Assembly (NCBI GenBank): GCA_964537235.1
Contig: CAZHZQ010000002.1
Location: 1-46,691, forward strand
Length of the DNA: 46,691 nucleotides
Reading direction: 5' to 3'
Origin: an uncultured Actinomycetota bacterium
Lineage (GTDB): Bacteria; Actinomycetota; Nitriliruptoria; Nitriliruptorales; JAHWKO01
The position numbers were made by a program, and so were the translations under genes. The notes under the pieces are model-generated. The model saw nothing but the letters and a program-made list of their open reading frames with translations. It searched no databases and was not told the DNA's origin. Of this stretch, positions 24,892-34,187 are shown one piece after another. Within the stretch, counting starts at the first letter, position 1; every line of letters begins with the position of its first letter.

Positions 24892-27573
24892 ATGGGATCT
24901 CTCCCGACCGGCACGGTCACGTTCCTGTTCACGGACGTCGAGGGGTCCACCAAGCTCCTGCGTTCGCTCGGCGACCGGTACCCGGACGTGCTCGCGCAGC
25001 ACTCACGGATCGTGCGAGAGGCGGTCGAGCGTGCCGACGGGCAGGAGGTCAGCACCGAAGGGGACTCGTTCTTCGTGGTGTTCGAGAGCGCCCAGAACGC
25101 GGTCCGTGCCGCGGTCGATGCCCAGCTGGGCCTGAGGGACGCGGACTGGCCCGACGGAACGGACGTCCGGGTACGGATGGGGCTCCACACGGGCGAGGGG
25201 AAGCTCGGCGGAGACGACTACGCGGGCCTGGACGTCAACCGTGCGGCACGGATCGCGGATGCGGCGCACGGGGAGCAGGTCGTGGTGTCGAAGACGACGG
25301 CGAACCTCGTGGAGAACGATCTGCCGGAGCAGAGCAACCTTCGAGACCTCGGTGAGCACCGACTGAAGGACCTCGGCCGCCCGGAGCACCTGTTCCAGCT
25401 CGACATCGACGGCCTCCCCACGGAGTTTCCTCCGCTGCGCTCGCTGGACGCACGGCCCAACAACCTGCCACGCCTCCCGACCAGGTTCATCGGCCGCGAG
25501 GAGGAGCTCGAGGAGATCGAGGAGCTCCTGCACGGAGCCCGTCTGCTGACCCTGACCGGTCCCGGAGGCGCGGGCAAGACGCGGTTGGCGTTGCAGGTCG
25601 CCGCGCGGGTGGCGCCCCGGTTCGAGGACGGCGTCTTCTTCGTCGACCTCGCTCCGGTCACCGACCCCGACCTCGTCGCGGTCAGGATCGCGCAGGCGAT
25701 CGGTCTCCCCGAGAGCCGAGGGGAGACCCGTACCGCCCGCGACCGCTTGGTCCAGCACATCCGCGATCGGGAGATGCTGTTGGTGCTGGACAACTTCGAG
25801 CAGGTGATCGACGCCGCGCCGGTCGTCCGTGACCTGCTGGCGGCGGGGTCGCGATCGAAGGTGCTGGTGACGAGCCGGGCGGTCCTGCACCTCTACGGAG
25901 AGCGGGACTACCCGGTGCCCCCGCTGCGTCGTCCCGATCCGGAGGCGCTGCCGAGCCTGGAGGCGATGTCGCAGTACGCGGCCGTCGGGCTGTTCATCGA
26001 CCGCGCGACCGCGGTGCAACCGGACTTCGAGATCACCAACGACAACGCCCCGGCGGTGGCGGAGATCTGCGCCCGGCTCGACGGCTTGCCGCTCGCGATC
26101 GAGCTGGCCGCCGCGCGGGTGCGGATGCTGTCGCCGGAAGCGATCCTCGACCGTCTCGGCGACCGCATGTCGCTGTTGGTCGGTGGGCCCCGGGACGTCC
26201 CCGACCGGCAACGAGCGTTGCGGCAGACGATCGCCTGGAGCCACGACCTCCTGGACGAGCGCGAACAGCGCCTCTTCGCTCGCCTGTCGGTCTTCGTCGG
26301 AGGCTTCGGTTTGGAGCAGGCGGAGGAGGTCTGCGGGCCCGCCGACGAACTGGGCGTGAACGTGCTCGACGGACTCACGGTGCTCGTCGACAACAGCCTG
26401 GTGACACCCGCCGGAGCCGCGTCCAGCGAGCCGCGTTTCGACATGCTCGAGACGATCCGGGACTTCGCCATCGAGCGGCTGGCCGAGAGCGGTGAGGAGG
26501 AGGAGCTCCGCCGTCGGCACGCCGTGAGCTTCCTGGCCCTCGCCGAGGAAGCCGCGCCGCAGGTGTACGGGGAACGCCGCCGGGAAGTCCTCGACGCACT
26601 GGAACGTGACCACGAGAATCTCCGTGCCGCGCTCGACTGGGCGATCGAGAGTGGCGAGACCGAGGTGGCCCTGCGCCTGGTCGGGGCGCTGTGGCGTCTG
26701 TGGCAGATGCGTGGGCACCTGCGGGAGGGCCGCCGCTACGCGGAGCGTGCGCTGCAACTGCCCGACGTCGACGACCATCCGGAGGCCCACCTGCAGGCAC
26801 TGGAGGCGGCTGGCGGCCTGGCTCACTGGCTGATGGACAACGAAGGTCAGCTGGGCTACTACGAGCAGGCGCTCGAGCTCGCCCAGGAGCTCGGGGACGA
26901 GCAGGCGATCGCCGACGCGCTTTACGACCTCAGCTTCCCGGTCTTCTTCGGACCGATCGTCGCCGACGACGGCAGGTCCCTCGTGCTCCCCCCGCCGGAT
27001 CCCGATGACCTGGAGGCGGCCCGATCGATGTGGGAGGATGCGATCGGCCTGTACGAGGAGCTCGGTGACCGCCACGGGCTGGCCAAGGTCCGCTGGATGC
27101 GCGGCTTCGATCGCGCGGTCACGGGCGACCCGGTCGGAGCGGAGGAGGATCTGGCGTTCGCCCGCCGCGTGTTCACCGACAGCGACGACCGCTTCATGCT
27201 GGCGTGGGCGAACTACGGTCTCGCGAACCTCGCGGACCTTGAGGGTGATTACGAGACGGCGCGGCGACGGTTCACCGAGACGCTGCGGCTGTTCGCCGAA
27301 GCGAAGGACACGACCGGCATCCTGCTGTCGATCGAGCTGCTCGCCAAGCTCGAGGCCACCCGCGGCGACACGGAACGGGCCGCGCGGCTCGCCGGGACCG
27401 TCACCGGGATGCGGGCCGAGAGCGGAACCCAGCTCGTCACGGGGTTCGTGGACGGCATTCCTCTCCCTGAGGATCTCCTCGACGACGAGGTGAACGTCGC
27501 GGCGTTCGAGGCGGGGAAGGGCATGGGGCGCGACGACGCCGTGGCCTACGCGCTGGAGGGCGACGTGCCCTGA
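24892..27573 (+). CDS. Class III adenylate/guanylate cyclase fused to a STAND (NB-ARC-like) ATPase and TPR-like repeats
   Basis: 893 aa. Cyclase motifs are VTFLFTDVEGST, GDSFFVVF, VRMGLHTGE and GLDVNRAARI. The P-loop is LTLTGPGGAGKTRLAL. The C-terminal half consists of helical repeats. No LuxR or other DNA-binding tail is recognisable. Confidence 0.9.
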   Translation: MGSLPTGTVTFLFTDVEGSTKLLRSLGDRYPDVLAQHSRIVREAVERADGQEVSTEGDSFFVVFESAQNAVRAAVDAQLGLRDADWPDGTDVRVRMGLHTGEGKLGGDDYAGLDVNRAARIADAAHGEQVVVSKTTANLVENDLPEQSNLRDLGEHRLKDLGRPEHLFQLDIDGLPTEFPPLRSLDARPNNLPRLPTRFIGREEELEEIEELLHGARLLTLTGPGGAGKTRLALQVAARVAPRFEDGVFFVDLAPVTDPDLVAVRIAQAIGLPESRGETRTARDRLVQHIRDREMLLVLDNFEQVIDAAPVVRDLLAAGSRSKVLVTSRAVLHLYGERDYPVPPLRRPDPEALPSLEAMSQYAAVGLFIDRATAVQPDFEITNDNAPAVAEICARLDGLPLAIELAAARVRMLSPEAILDRLGDRMSLLVGGPRDVPDRQRALRQTIAWSHDLLDEREQRLFARLSVFVGGFGLEQAEEVCGPADELGVNVLDGLTVLVDNSLVTPAGAASSEPRFDMLETIRDFAIERLAESGEEEELRRRHAVSFLALAEEAAPQVYGERRREVLDALERDHENLRAALDWAIESGETEVALRLVGALWRLWQMRGHLREGRRYAERALQLPDVDDHPEAHLQALEAAGGLAHWLMDNEGQLGYYEQALELAQELGDEQAIADALYDLSFPVFFGPIVADDGRSLVLPPPDPDDLEAARSMWEDAIGLYEELGDRHGLAKVRWMRGFDRAVTGDPVGAEEDLAFARRVFTDSDDRFMLAWANYGLANLADLEGDYETARRRFTETLRLFAEAKDTTGILLSIELLAKLEATRGDTERAARLAGTVTGMRAESGTQLVTGFVDGIPLPEDLLDDEVNVAAFEAGKGMGRDDAVAYALEGDVP

Positions 27574-27637
27574 TGTCCGACGGGGCGTCAGCTCGAGGGC
27601 GGGCAGTCCTGTTCGCCACGACCGATGAGCCCGAACG

Positions 27638-27907
27638 TCAGGCGCCGGCGTGACGCTCGACCAGCAGGGCGGCGTACGTCTCCGCCCAGTCGCTGTCATC
27701 AGGGTGCGCCTCGTCAGCGATGATCAGGCTGTGCACCAGCTCGCTGACGGTCAGATCGGTGTGGAGCAGCTCACGCAAGCGCGGGGCGAGGTGCTCCGCG
27801 TACCACAGCGGCCAGTCGGGGTCGGCGCCGTCGACCTCGGCGAACGCCTCGTGGTGGGCCTGCGCCGTCTCGCGCAGGAGCGCCGTCACCTCCTTGACCT
27901 CCGCCAT
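27638..27907 (-). CDS. Small conserved-looking hypothetical protein
   Basis: I chose the ATG at 27905-27907, which has GGGAGG upstream. The 89-aa product is MAEVKEVTALLRETAQAHHEAFAEVDGADPDWPLWYAEHL... The longer track ORF (to 28282) has a low-complexity Ser-rich N-terminus. Confidence 0.6.
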   Translation of the reverse strand: MAEVKEVTALLRETAQAHHEAFAEVDGADPDWPLWYAEHLAPRLRELLHTDLTVSELVHSLIIADEAHPDDSDWAETYAALLVERHAGA

Positions 27908-28067
27908 CGGTTGCCTCCCTCTCACGCCCTCGTGCACGCGTTCGAACGTAGAGGTGCCACCGGCACGGCGAAAGGCGGTGACCATCGGGGGGCATCCTCG
28001 GGGATGCGCGAGGTGGGGGTGACATGGCAGGCTGTCCACGAGTCGGACCGTTGAGAAGGGAACGCGG

Positions 28068-28274
28068 ATGAGCGACGAGGACACGAAGGCACGCAAGGAC
28101 GAGCTCCTCGAGGAACTCGAGCAGCTGAAGTCCGAGGAGGAGGACGAGGGCGGCGGCTTCTTCAAGAAGCTGCTCTTCGTCGGGGGTCTGCTCGGTGCTG
28201 CCGGGTGGTTCATGAAGCGCAAGCGCGAGCGCGAGCTCGACGAGGCGCTGTGGGAGGAACCCCGAGCGCTGTAG
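28068..28274 (+). CDS. Small single-TM protein with charged flanks
   Basis: 68 aa with an acidic helix, then FFKKLLFVGGLLGAAGWFM, then a basic tail. GAAGGGAA lies upstream of the ATG. Confidence 0.5.
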   Translation: MSDEDTKARKDELLEELEQLKSEEEDEGGGFFKKLLFVGGLLGAAGWFMKRKRERELDEALWEEPRAL

Positions 28275-28327
28275 ACCGTCACGTTCGGACCTCACGGAAC
28301 CCGAGCACCACGTAGGAGTCTCCGCTG

Positions 28328-30085
28328 ATGGCCGAGGGCGAGGACCGAGCTCCCGGGACACCCGAGGAGCTGTCGGCGTCGTCGTTCGCGAAGGCGTTGT
28401 TCTGCGGGGAGGTCCACGAGGACCTGCTCTTCCCCTACCACGACCTCGATCAGGACGAACGGATCAAGGTCGACGACCTGATCGACCGGATCGGGTCGTT
28501 CCTCGAGGAGGAGTACGACCCCGCCCGGGTCGAGGAGGAACGGTGGATCGGCGACGACATCGTCGCCGGGCTCGGCGAGATCGGTGCCCTCGGGCTGTAC
28601 GTCCCGGAGGAGTACGGCGGCCAGGGGCTGTCGCAGACCGGCTACTGCCGGGTCTTCGAGGAGATCGGCCAGGTCGACGGATCGCTCGCCACGGTCCTCG
28701 GGGTGCATCAGTCGATCGGTTACAAGGGGATCGTCCTCTTCGGGACCGACGAGCAGAAGGAGCGCTTCCTCCCGGACCTGGTCACGGGTCGCAAGCTCGC
28801 CGGGTTCGCACTGACCGAGCCCAACGCCGGTTCCGACGCCTACCACCTCGAGAGCAGAGCGGTGGAGCAGGCCGACGGCTCCTGGGTGCTCAACGGTGAG
28901 AAGCGCTACATCGGCAACGGCTCCAAGGACGTGCTCACGGTCTTCGCTCGCGACGACGAGGGCGGGCACGTCGCCCTGATCGTCGAGAAGGGCATGGAGG
29001 GTCTCGAGGTCGGGGAGCGGTTCGGCACGATGGGCCTCCGTGGGAACGACCTGCGTCGGCTGCGGTTCAACGACATCCGCGTGCCGCCCGAGAACGTCCT
29101 CGGCGAGGCGGGGGCCGGGTTCGACGTCGCCATGGAGGTCCTCAACAACGGCCGCATGTCGTTGGCGACCGGCTGCGTCGGTGCCACCAAACGGCTGCTG
29201 GACCTGTCGATCGAACGGGTCCGGGACCGGCGCCAGTTCGGGCAGCCGATCGGGGACTTCGAGCTCGTCGAGGAGAAGATCGCCTGGATGGTGTCGTACC
29301 TCTTCGGCCTGGAATCGATGGCGTACGCGACCACCTCGCTCGTCGACCGCGACGTGCCCGACTACACGCTCGAGTCGGCCATGTCCAAGGTCGCGGCCAC
29401 CGAGTTCCTCTGGTACGCGGCCAACCGCTCCTTCCAGCTCGCCGGCGGTGACGCCTACATCACCGACCATCCGTACGAGAAGATCCTCCGCGACATCCGG
29501 GTGTTCCCGATCTTCGAGGGCGCCAACGACGTCCTGCGCGCCTACATCGCACTCACCGGACTGCAGGGCCTGGGTGAGACCCTGCCCGACCTCGACAGCG
29601 TCGACCTGCGCGACCCGATCGGTCTCGTGGGCACGCTGGTCGGCGTGGCCGGCTACGTCGCCGGCCGCATCGAGCGCCGCGTCCGGCCGCGGCACCTCAC
29701 CGCCGTCCACGAGGGCCTGGAGGACCTCGCCGAACCGGTCACCGGTCAGGTCCAGCGGCTGGCGGTCACCGCGGAGCAGCTGCTGCGTGAGCACGGGCGC
29801 GACATCCGGTACCGCCAGTGGCAGCAGAAGCGCCTCGCCCACGCGGCGATCGACATCTACGCCCAGGTCGCCACGCTGTCACGCATGTCCGGGATCTTCG
29901 AGGACCGCGGCGGCGACGCATCGAGCCAGGAGCGCTACATCGCCGAGACCTTCTGCCGACGCGCCGAGGCCCGCGTCCACCGCAGCCTGGACCGGGTCGA
30001 GGACAACGACGACGACCGGATGCACGCCATCGCGCAGATCGCCTACGAACGCGGCAGCTACGGCTACCACCTGTTCGAGGTCTGA
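28328..30085 (+). CDS. Acyl-CoA dehydrogenase (long form with a C-terminal extension)
   Basis: 585 aa. The motifs GFALTEPNAGSDA, WVLNGEKRYIGNG, RVFPIFEGANDVLR and the catalytic-region pattern are typical of the ACAD family. Confidence 0.93.
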   Translation: MAEGEDRAPGTPEELSASSFAKALFCGEVHEDLLFPYHDLDQDERIKVDDLIDRIGSFLEEEYDPARVEEERWIGDDIVAGLGEIGALGLYVPEEYGGQGLSQTGYCRVFEEIGQVDGSLATVLGVHQSIGYKGIVLFGTDEQKERFLPDLVTGRKLAGFALTEPNAGSDAYHLESRAVEQADGSWVLNGEKRYIGNGSKDVLTVFARDDEGGHVALIVEKGMEGLEVGERFGTMGLRGNDLRRLRFNDIRVPPENVLGEAGAGFDVAMEVLNNGRMSLATGCVGATKRLLDLSIERVRDRRQFGQPIGDFELVEEKIAWMVSYLFGLESMAYATTSLVDRDVPDYTLESAMSKVAATEFLWYAANRSFQLAGGDAYITDHPYEKILRDIRVFPIFEGANDVLRAYIALTGLQGLGETLPDLDSVDLRDPIGLVGTLVGVAGYVAGRIERRVRPRHLTAVHEGLEDLAEPVTGQVQRLAVTAEQLLREHGRDIRYRQWQQKRLAHAAIDIYAQVATLSRMSGIFEDRGGDASSQERYIAETFCRRAEARVHRSLDRVEDNDDDRMHAIAQIAYERGSYGYHLFEV

Positions 30086-30149
30086 TCTGATCTGAGCGGC
30101 TCGGTCCGGCGCCCCGGTTACGCTCCCCCACCGCGAGGAGAGGGATGGC

Positions 30150-30605
30150 ATGAGGTACCGCACGCTCACGGTCGTCGCGGTCGTCGCGGTCGTCGTGGTC
30201 GCCCTGGTCGCCTGCACCGACGCCCAGGACCCCACGATCGGTGACGGCCCACCGGCCGCGACCGAGGCTCCGGACGCCGCAGAGACCGACCCGGCCACCA
30301 CCGCGGCGGACACGACGGAGACGGAGGCGGCGACAGAAGAGGCCGTCGAACGCATCGAGGTCACCGTCTCGGACGGTGAGGTCGACGGCCCGGGGACGGT
30401 GTCCCTCGAGGTGGGGACGCCGGTCGAACTGGTCGTGACGAGCGACGTCGCCGACGAGATCCACGTCCACGGCTACGACCTGCACCAGGACGTCGGAGCC
30501 GGCGAGACCGCGACCGTCACGTTCACCGCCGACATCCCCGGCGTGTTCGAGGTCGAGCTCGAGGAGAACCAGGTCCAGCTGGTCGAGCTGCAGGTGCGCG
30601 GATGA
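30150..30605 (+). CDS. Lipoprotein with a cupredoxin-like beta domain
   Basis: It has a signal peptide plus lipobox (VVALVAC), an Ala/Thr/Glu/Pro linker, and then IEVTVSDGEV ... EIHVHGYD ... GVFEVELE. GAGGAGAGGG RBS is present. Confidence 0.72.
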   Translation: MRYRTLTVVAVVAVVVVALVACTDAQDPTIGDGPPAATEAPDAAETDPATTAADTTETEAATEEAVERIEVTVSDGEVDGPGTVSLEVGTPVELVVTSDVADEIHVHGYDLHQDVGAGETATVTFTADIPGVFEVELEENQVQLVELQVRG

Positions 30606-31906
30606 CGCTGCTCGCGCACGGCATCGGGGTCAGGGGCGACCTGCCCCTGCCGTTGTGGATGGTCAGCTACGGGGCCGGCGCCGTGCTGGTCCTGTCGTTC
30701 GTCGCGCTCGCTGCGCTGTGGCCGCGCCCCCGGTTCGAAGGAGGCCTGGACGGTACGCCGGTCGCCAGCGGGGTCGACCGTGCGGTCGGGGCGCTCGAGT
30801 GGCCCACGCGGCTGCTCGGGGTCGTGCTGTTCCTCGTCGTGTGGGCCGCCGCGCTGTTCGGGCCCTTCGACGTCAACCGCAACCTCGCGCCGTGGGCGAT
30901 CTACGTGGTGTTCTGGGTGGGTGGCCTGATCGTCAGCGGTCTCTTCGGGAACCTCTGGGCGGTGCTGAGCCCGTTCGAGACGGCACGTCGGCTCGCGCCG
31001 TCGACGGTCGGCGACGCGGACGCCGACCGTCCGCTCGAACGCTTCGGGGTCTGGCCGGCAGCGATCCTGCTCCTGGCCTACACGTGGCTGGAGCTCGCGC
31101 ATCCGACACCTGCGGATCCGCGGACCCTCGGCGTCGCGATCGCCGTGTACGTGGCGATCATGGGTGTGGGCGTGGGCTGGTACGGGTGGCGGTGGCTCCG
31201 CAGCGCCGAGGCCTTCGGGGTGCTGTTCGGGATCGTCGCCGCGATGGCTCCGCTCCACCGCGACGATCACAGGCGCCTCCGGTTGCGCTGGCCCCTCGTG
31301 GGCCTGGCCGACCTCGAGATCCACCGAGGGACGACGGCGGTGATCCTGGTGGCGCTCGGATCCACGACCTTCGACGGGATCACGAGGCAGGACTTCTGGG
31401 AGTCGCTGCTGTCCGGACGCACGGGGTGGGCCGGGGTGCCGTACGCCACCGTCGGGTTGCTGCTGGCCGTCGCGATCGTCGCCGGCCTGTACGGGTTCGC
31501 GATGCGTGAGGCCGCCGCGCGCACGCGCGGCGACGCCGGGGAGCTGGCCGACCTGTTCGCCCACTCGCTGGTGCCGATCGCCCTGGCCTACGCGATCGCG
31601 CACTACTTCTCGCTGGTGGCGTTCGAGACCAACCGGTTCCTCGCGCTGCTGTCCGATCCCTTCGCCCGCGGGTGGGATGTGCTGGGCACGGCCGACTGGA
31701 GGGTCGACTACCGGGCGATCTCCACGGCGGTGATCGCCTGGGTGCAGACCGGCGCGATCGTGGTCGGGCACCTCGCCGGGGTGCTCCTCGCCCACGACCG
31801 GGCGGTCGCCCTGTTCGACGGGCGGGAAGCCACCCGCAGCCAGTACGCACTGCTCGTGGCGATGGTCGCCTACACGACCGGCGGCCTCGTGTTGCTGCTC
31901 GGGTGA
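30602..31906 (+). CDS. Polytopic membrane protein of unknown function
   Basis: 434 aa with about 10 hydrophobic helices. Its start forms an ATGA overlap with the lipoprotein gene. Confidence 0.72.
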   Translation: MTLLAHGIGVRGDLPLPLWMVSYGAGAVLVLSFVALAALWPRPRFEGGLDGTPVASGVDRAVGALEWPTRLLGVVLFLVVWAAALFGPFDVNRNLAPWAIYVVFWVGGLIVSGLFGNLWAVLSPFETARRLAPSTVGDADADRPLERFGVWPAAILLLAYTWLELAHPTPADPRTLGVAIAVYVAIMGVGVGWYGWRWLRSAEAFGVLFGIVAAMAPLHRDDHRRLRLRWPLVGLADLEIHRGTTAVILVALGSTTFDGITRQDFWESLLSGRTGWAGVPYATVGLLLAVAIVAGLYGFAMREAAARTRGDAGELADLFAHSLVPIALAYAIAHYFSLVAFETNRFLALLSDPFARGWDVLGTADWRVDYRAISTAVIAWVQTGAIVVGHLAGVLLAHDRAVALFDGREATRSQYALLVAMVAYTTGGLVLLLG

Positions 31907-32070
31907 CCGCCCCACCGACCCCGCTCGTGGCCCACCAGGGAGGGTGGGACGAGCTGCTGATCATCGCCGTTCCGCTGGCCCTCTACGGGCTCGTGCGGCT
32001 CTGGGAGCGGTACCGAGGACCCGAGGACGACGAGCCCGAGTCCCCCACAGGGACCGGCCGAGACCGGTGA
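31903..32070 (+). CDS. Small membrane protein (55 aa)
   Basis: GTGA overlap start at 31903. It has a single helix (LLIIAVPLALYGLVRLW). Confidence 0.4.
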   Translation: MTAPPTPLVAHQGGWDELLIIAVPLALYGLVRLWERYRGPEDDEPESPTGTGRDR

Positions 32071-32073
32071 CGG

Positions 32074-34095
32074 TCAGAAGTGGATGCCCCGGAACAGGTA
32101 GCTGAACGCCCGTCGCTCCGGTGCCAGGCGCAGTTCCTCCCGTGCCGCGTCGTCGCCCCGCGCGGCGGAGGACTCGGGGAACAGGTGGAACCCGAAGTTC
32201 ATCAGCGCGTCCATCGCCTTCGGAGCGATCGCGTAGCCGACCTCGCCGAGGGTGCCCAGGGCGGTGGCGATCCGCTTGGGTTCGTCCTCCACCGCCTCCA
32301 TCACCATGTCGGCCGCCTCCGACGGGCTGATCGCCGGGAAGAACCGGTAGATCTTGGTCGGCTCGATCATCGGGGTCCGGACCAGCGGCATGTAGACCGT
32401 CGTGATCGTGACGCCCTGGTCGATCACCTCGGTGGCGATCGAGCGGCTCGCGGCGTCCAGAGCGGACTTCGACGCGATGTACGCCGAGAACCGGGGGACG
32501 TTGGTCTGCACCCCGATCGACGAGATGTTGACGATGTGGCCATAGCCGCGCTCGCGCATCCCCGGGAGGAACCCGAGCATCAGTCGCAGCGCCCCGAAGT
32601 AGTTCAACTGCATGGTGCGCTCGTAGTCGTGCAGCCGGTCGTACGACAGCTCGACCGACCGCCGGATCGAGATGCCGGCGTTGTTGACGAGCACGTCGAC
32701 GCCGCCGTGCTGCGCCAGCACCTCGCTGACGAGCCGGCTGACGTCCCCCATGTCCGACAGGTCGGCCGCGTGCACGTGCGCGGTACCGCCGTCCTCCTCG
32801 ATCTCCTTCTTCAGGGTCGTCAGGTCCTCGACCGAGCGGGCGACCAGCAGGACGTCCGCCCCCCGCTGCGCCAGCGCCTTGGCCGACTCCAGACCGATCC
32901 CGGACGACGCGCCGGTGACCATGACCGTCTTCTCGCCGATGTGCGTGCGCCGCAGGTGGTCGCCCCGCCGGCGATCGCGCAGATGATCACGCCAGTAGCC
33001 GAACAGGACGCCGGCGTAGGTGTCGAGCGGAGGCACCCGGATGTCGGTGCCGGCCAGGGCGTCCTCGGCGTTGGCGGTGTCGAACTCCGTCGGGTTGGTG
33101 ATGTAGCCCATGGCCTGCCGGGGGATGCCGAGCTTGCGGAGCACCGCGTTGTAGGTGCGGTGGACCGGAGGCAGCGCGGTGACGATGTTGCGCAGCGGCT
33201 TGGGGACGACCCCGGCCGCGCGGGCGTCGAGCCGGATCGCGAACGTCGGTCCCCCGGCGGCCTCCGCGAACGCGTTGATCACCTCGCCCACGGACGGGGG
33301 GTCGGGGTCGACGAGGTGGAACGTCTCGCCGTCGCGGTCGTCCAGGTGGGCGATGTGGTCGAGCGCGTCGGCGACGAAATCCACCGGGACGAGGTGAACC
33401 CGGCCGCCCTCCACACCGATGAGGGGGATCTGTTCGGGCAGCGCGGACAGCCGTTCGAGCGCGGGGAAGAAGAAGTAGGGGCCGTCGATCTTGTCGATCT
33501 CCCCGGTCTCCGACTCCCCCACGACGATGCCGGGCCGGTAGATCCGCCACGGCACGTCGCACTCGGTCCGCACCACCTTCTCCGAGAGGTGCTTCGTGCG
33601 GAAGTAGGGGTGCTCCAGGCCGACGGCCTCACCGAACATGTCCTCGGTGAAGATCCCGTCGTAGCGTCCAGCGGCGGCGATCGAGCTCACGTGGTGCAGG
33701 TGCTCGGCTTCGACGGCCTCGGCGAAGCCGCACACGTGGCGGGTGCCCTCGACGTTGACGATGCGCTGCCACTCCGCGTCGGTCTCGAGGTCGTAGATCG
33801 CCGCGAGGTGGAACACGTGGGCGACGGTCCCGCGCAACTCGTCGATCGCGTCGGCGTCGGCGCCGAGCTGCGGTGCGGTGACGTCGCCGATCAGCGGTCG
33901 GATCTGCTCGTCGACGTCGACGGCGGGGACCGCCTGTGCCCAGCGGTCCCGCAGGCGCTCGAGCTTGTCCCGGGAGCCCTCCCGGACCAACACGTGGATC
34001 GGCCCGGAGACGTCCCCGGATGCGATCCGGGCGAGCAGACGTTCGGTGACGAACCGTCCGATGAAGCCGGTCGCACCGGTCACGACGTAGGCCAC
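32074..34095 (-). CDS. Two-domain SDR: fatty acyl-CoA reductase-like (NAD-binding reductase domain plus classical SDR domain)
   Basis: I chose the GTG at 34093-34095, which has GAGGAGG upstream. The N-terminal Rossmann motif is VVTGATGFIGRFV. The second domain has VMVTGASSGIG and YIASKSAL (YxxxK). The architecture resembles the mycobacterial AcrA1 type. Confidence 0.87.
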   Translation of the reverse strand: MAYVVTGATGFIGRFVTERLLARIASGDVSGPIHVLVREGSRDKLERLRDRWAQAVPAVDVDEQIRPLIGDVTAPQLGADADAIDELRGTVAHVFHLAAIYDLETDAEWQRIVNVEGTRHVCGFAEAVEAEHLHHVSSIAAAGRYDGIFTEDMFGEAVGLEHPYFRTKHLSEKVVRTECDVPWRIYRPGIVVGESETGEIDKIDGPYFFFPALERLSALPEQIPLIGVEGGRVHLVPVDFVADALDHIAHLDDRDGETFHLVDPDPPSVGEVINAFAEAAGGPTFAIRLDARAAGVVPKPLRNIVTALPPVHRTYNAVLRKLGIPRQAMGYITNPTEFDTANAEDALAGTDIRVPPLDTYAGVLFGYWRDHLRDRRRGDHLRRTHIGEKTVMVTGASSGIGLESAKALAQRGADVLLVARSVEDLTTLKKEIEEDGGTAHVHAADLSDMGDVSRLVSEVLAQHGGVDVLVNNAGISIRRSVELSYDRLHDYERTMQLNYFGALRLMLGFLPGMRERGYGHIVNISSIGVQTNVPRFSAYIASKSALDAASRSIATEVIDQGVTITTVYMPLVRTPMIEPTKIYRFFPAISPSEAADMVMEAVEDEPKRIATALGTLGEVGYAIAPKAMDALMNFGFHLFPESSAARGDDAAREELRLAPERRAFSYLFRGIHF

Positions 34096-34187
34096 GGGTA
34101 CCTCCTCGGGAGCGGCCCCGTCGAACCCAACGAGCGAGTTGCACGTACGGAAAGTATAGGGGGACCCCTCGACGTACGCTGGGTGCG

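Noticed and set aside
25003-27699. 898-aa minus-strand ORF covering the cyclase-STAND gene
   Set aside because: The plus frame has unambiguous cyclase and P-loop motifs. The minus frame is a stop-free shadow with a repetitive R/D/E/V/P composition.
28292-29842. 516-aa minus ORF opposite the acyl-CoA dehydrogenase
   Set aside because: It is the antisense shadow of a clearly identified ACAD gene.
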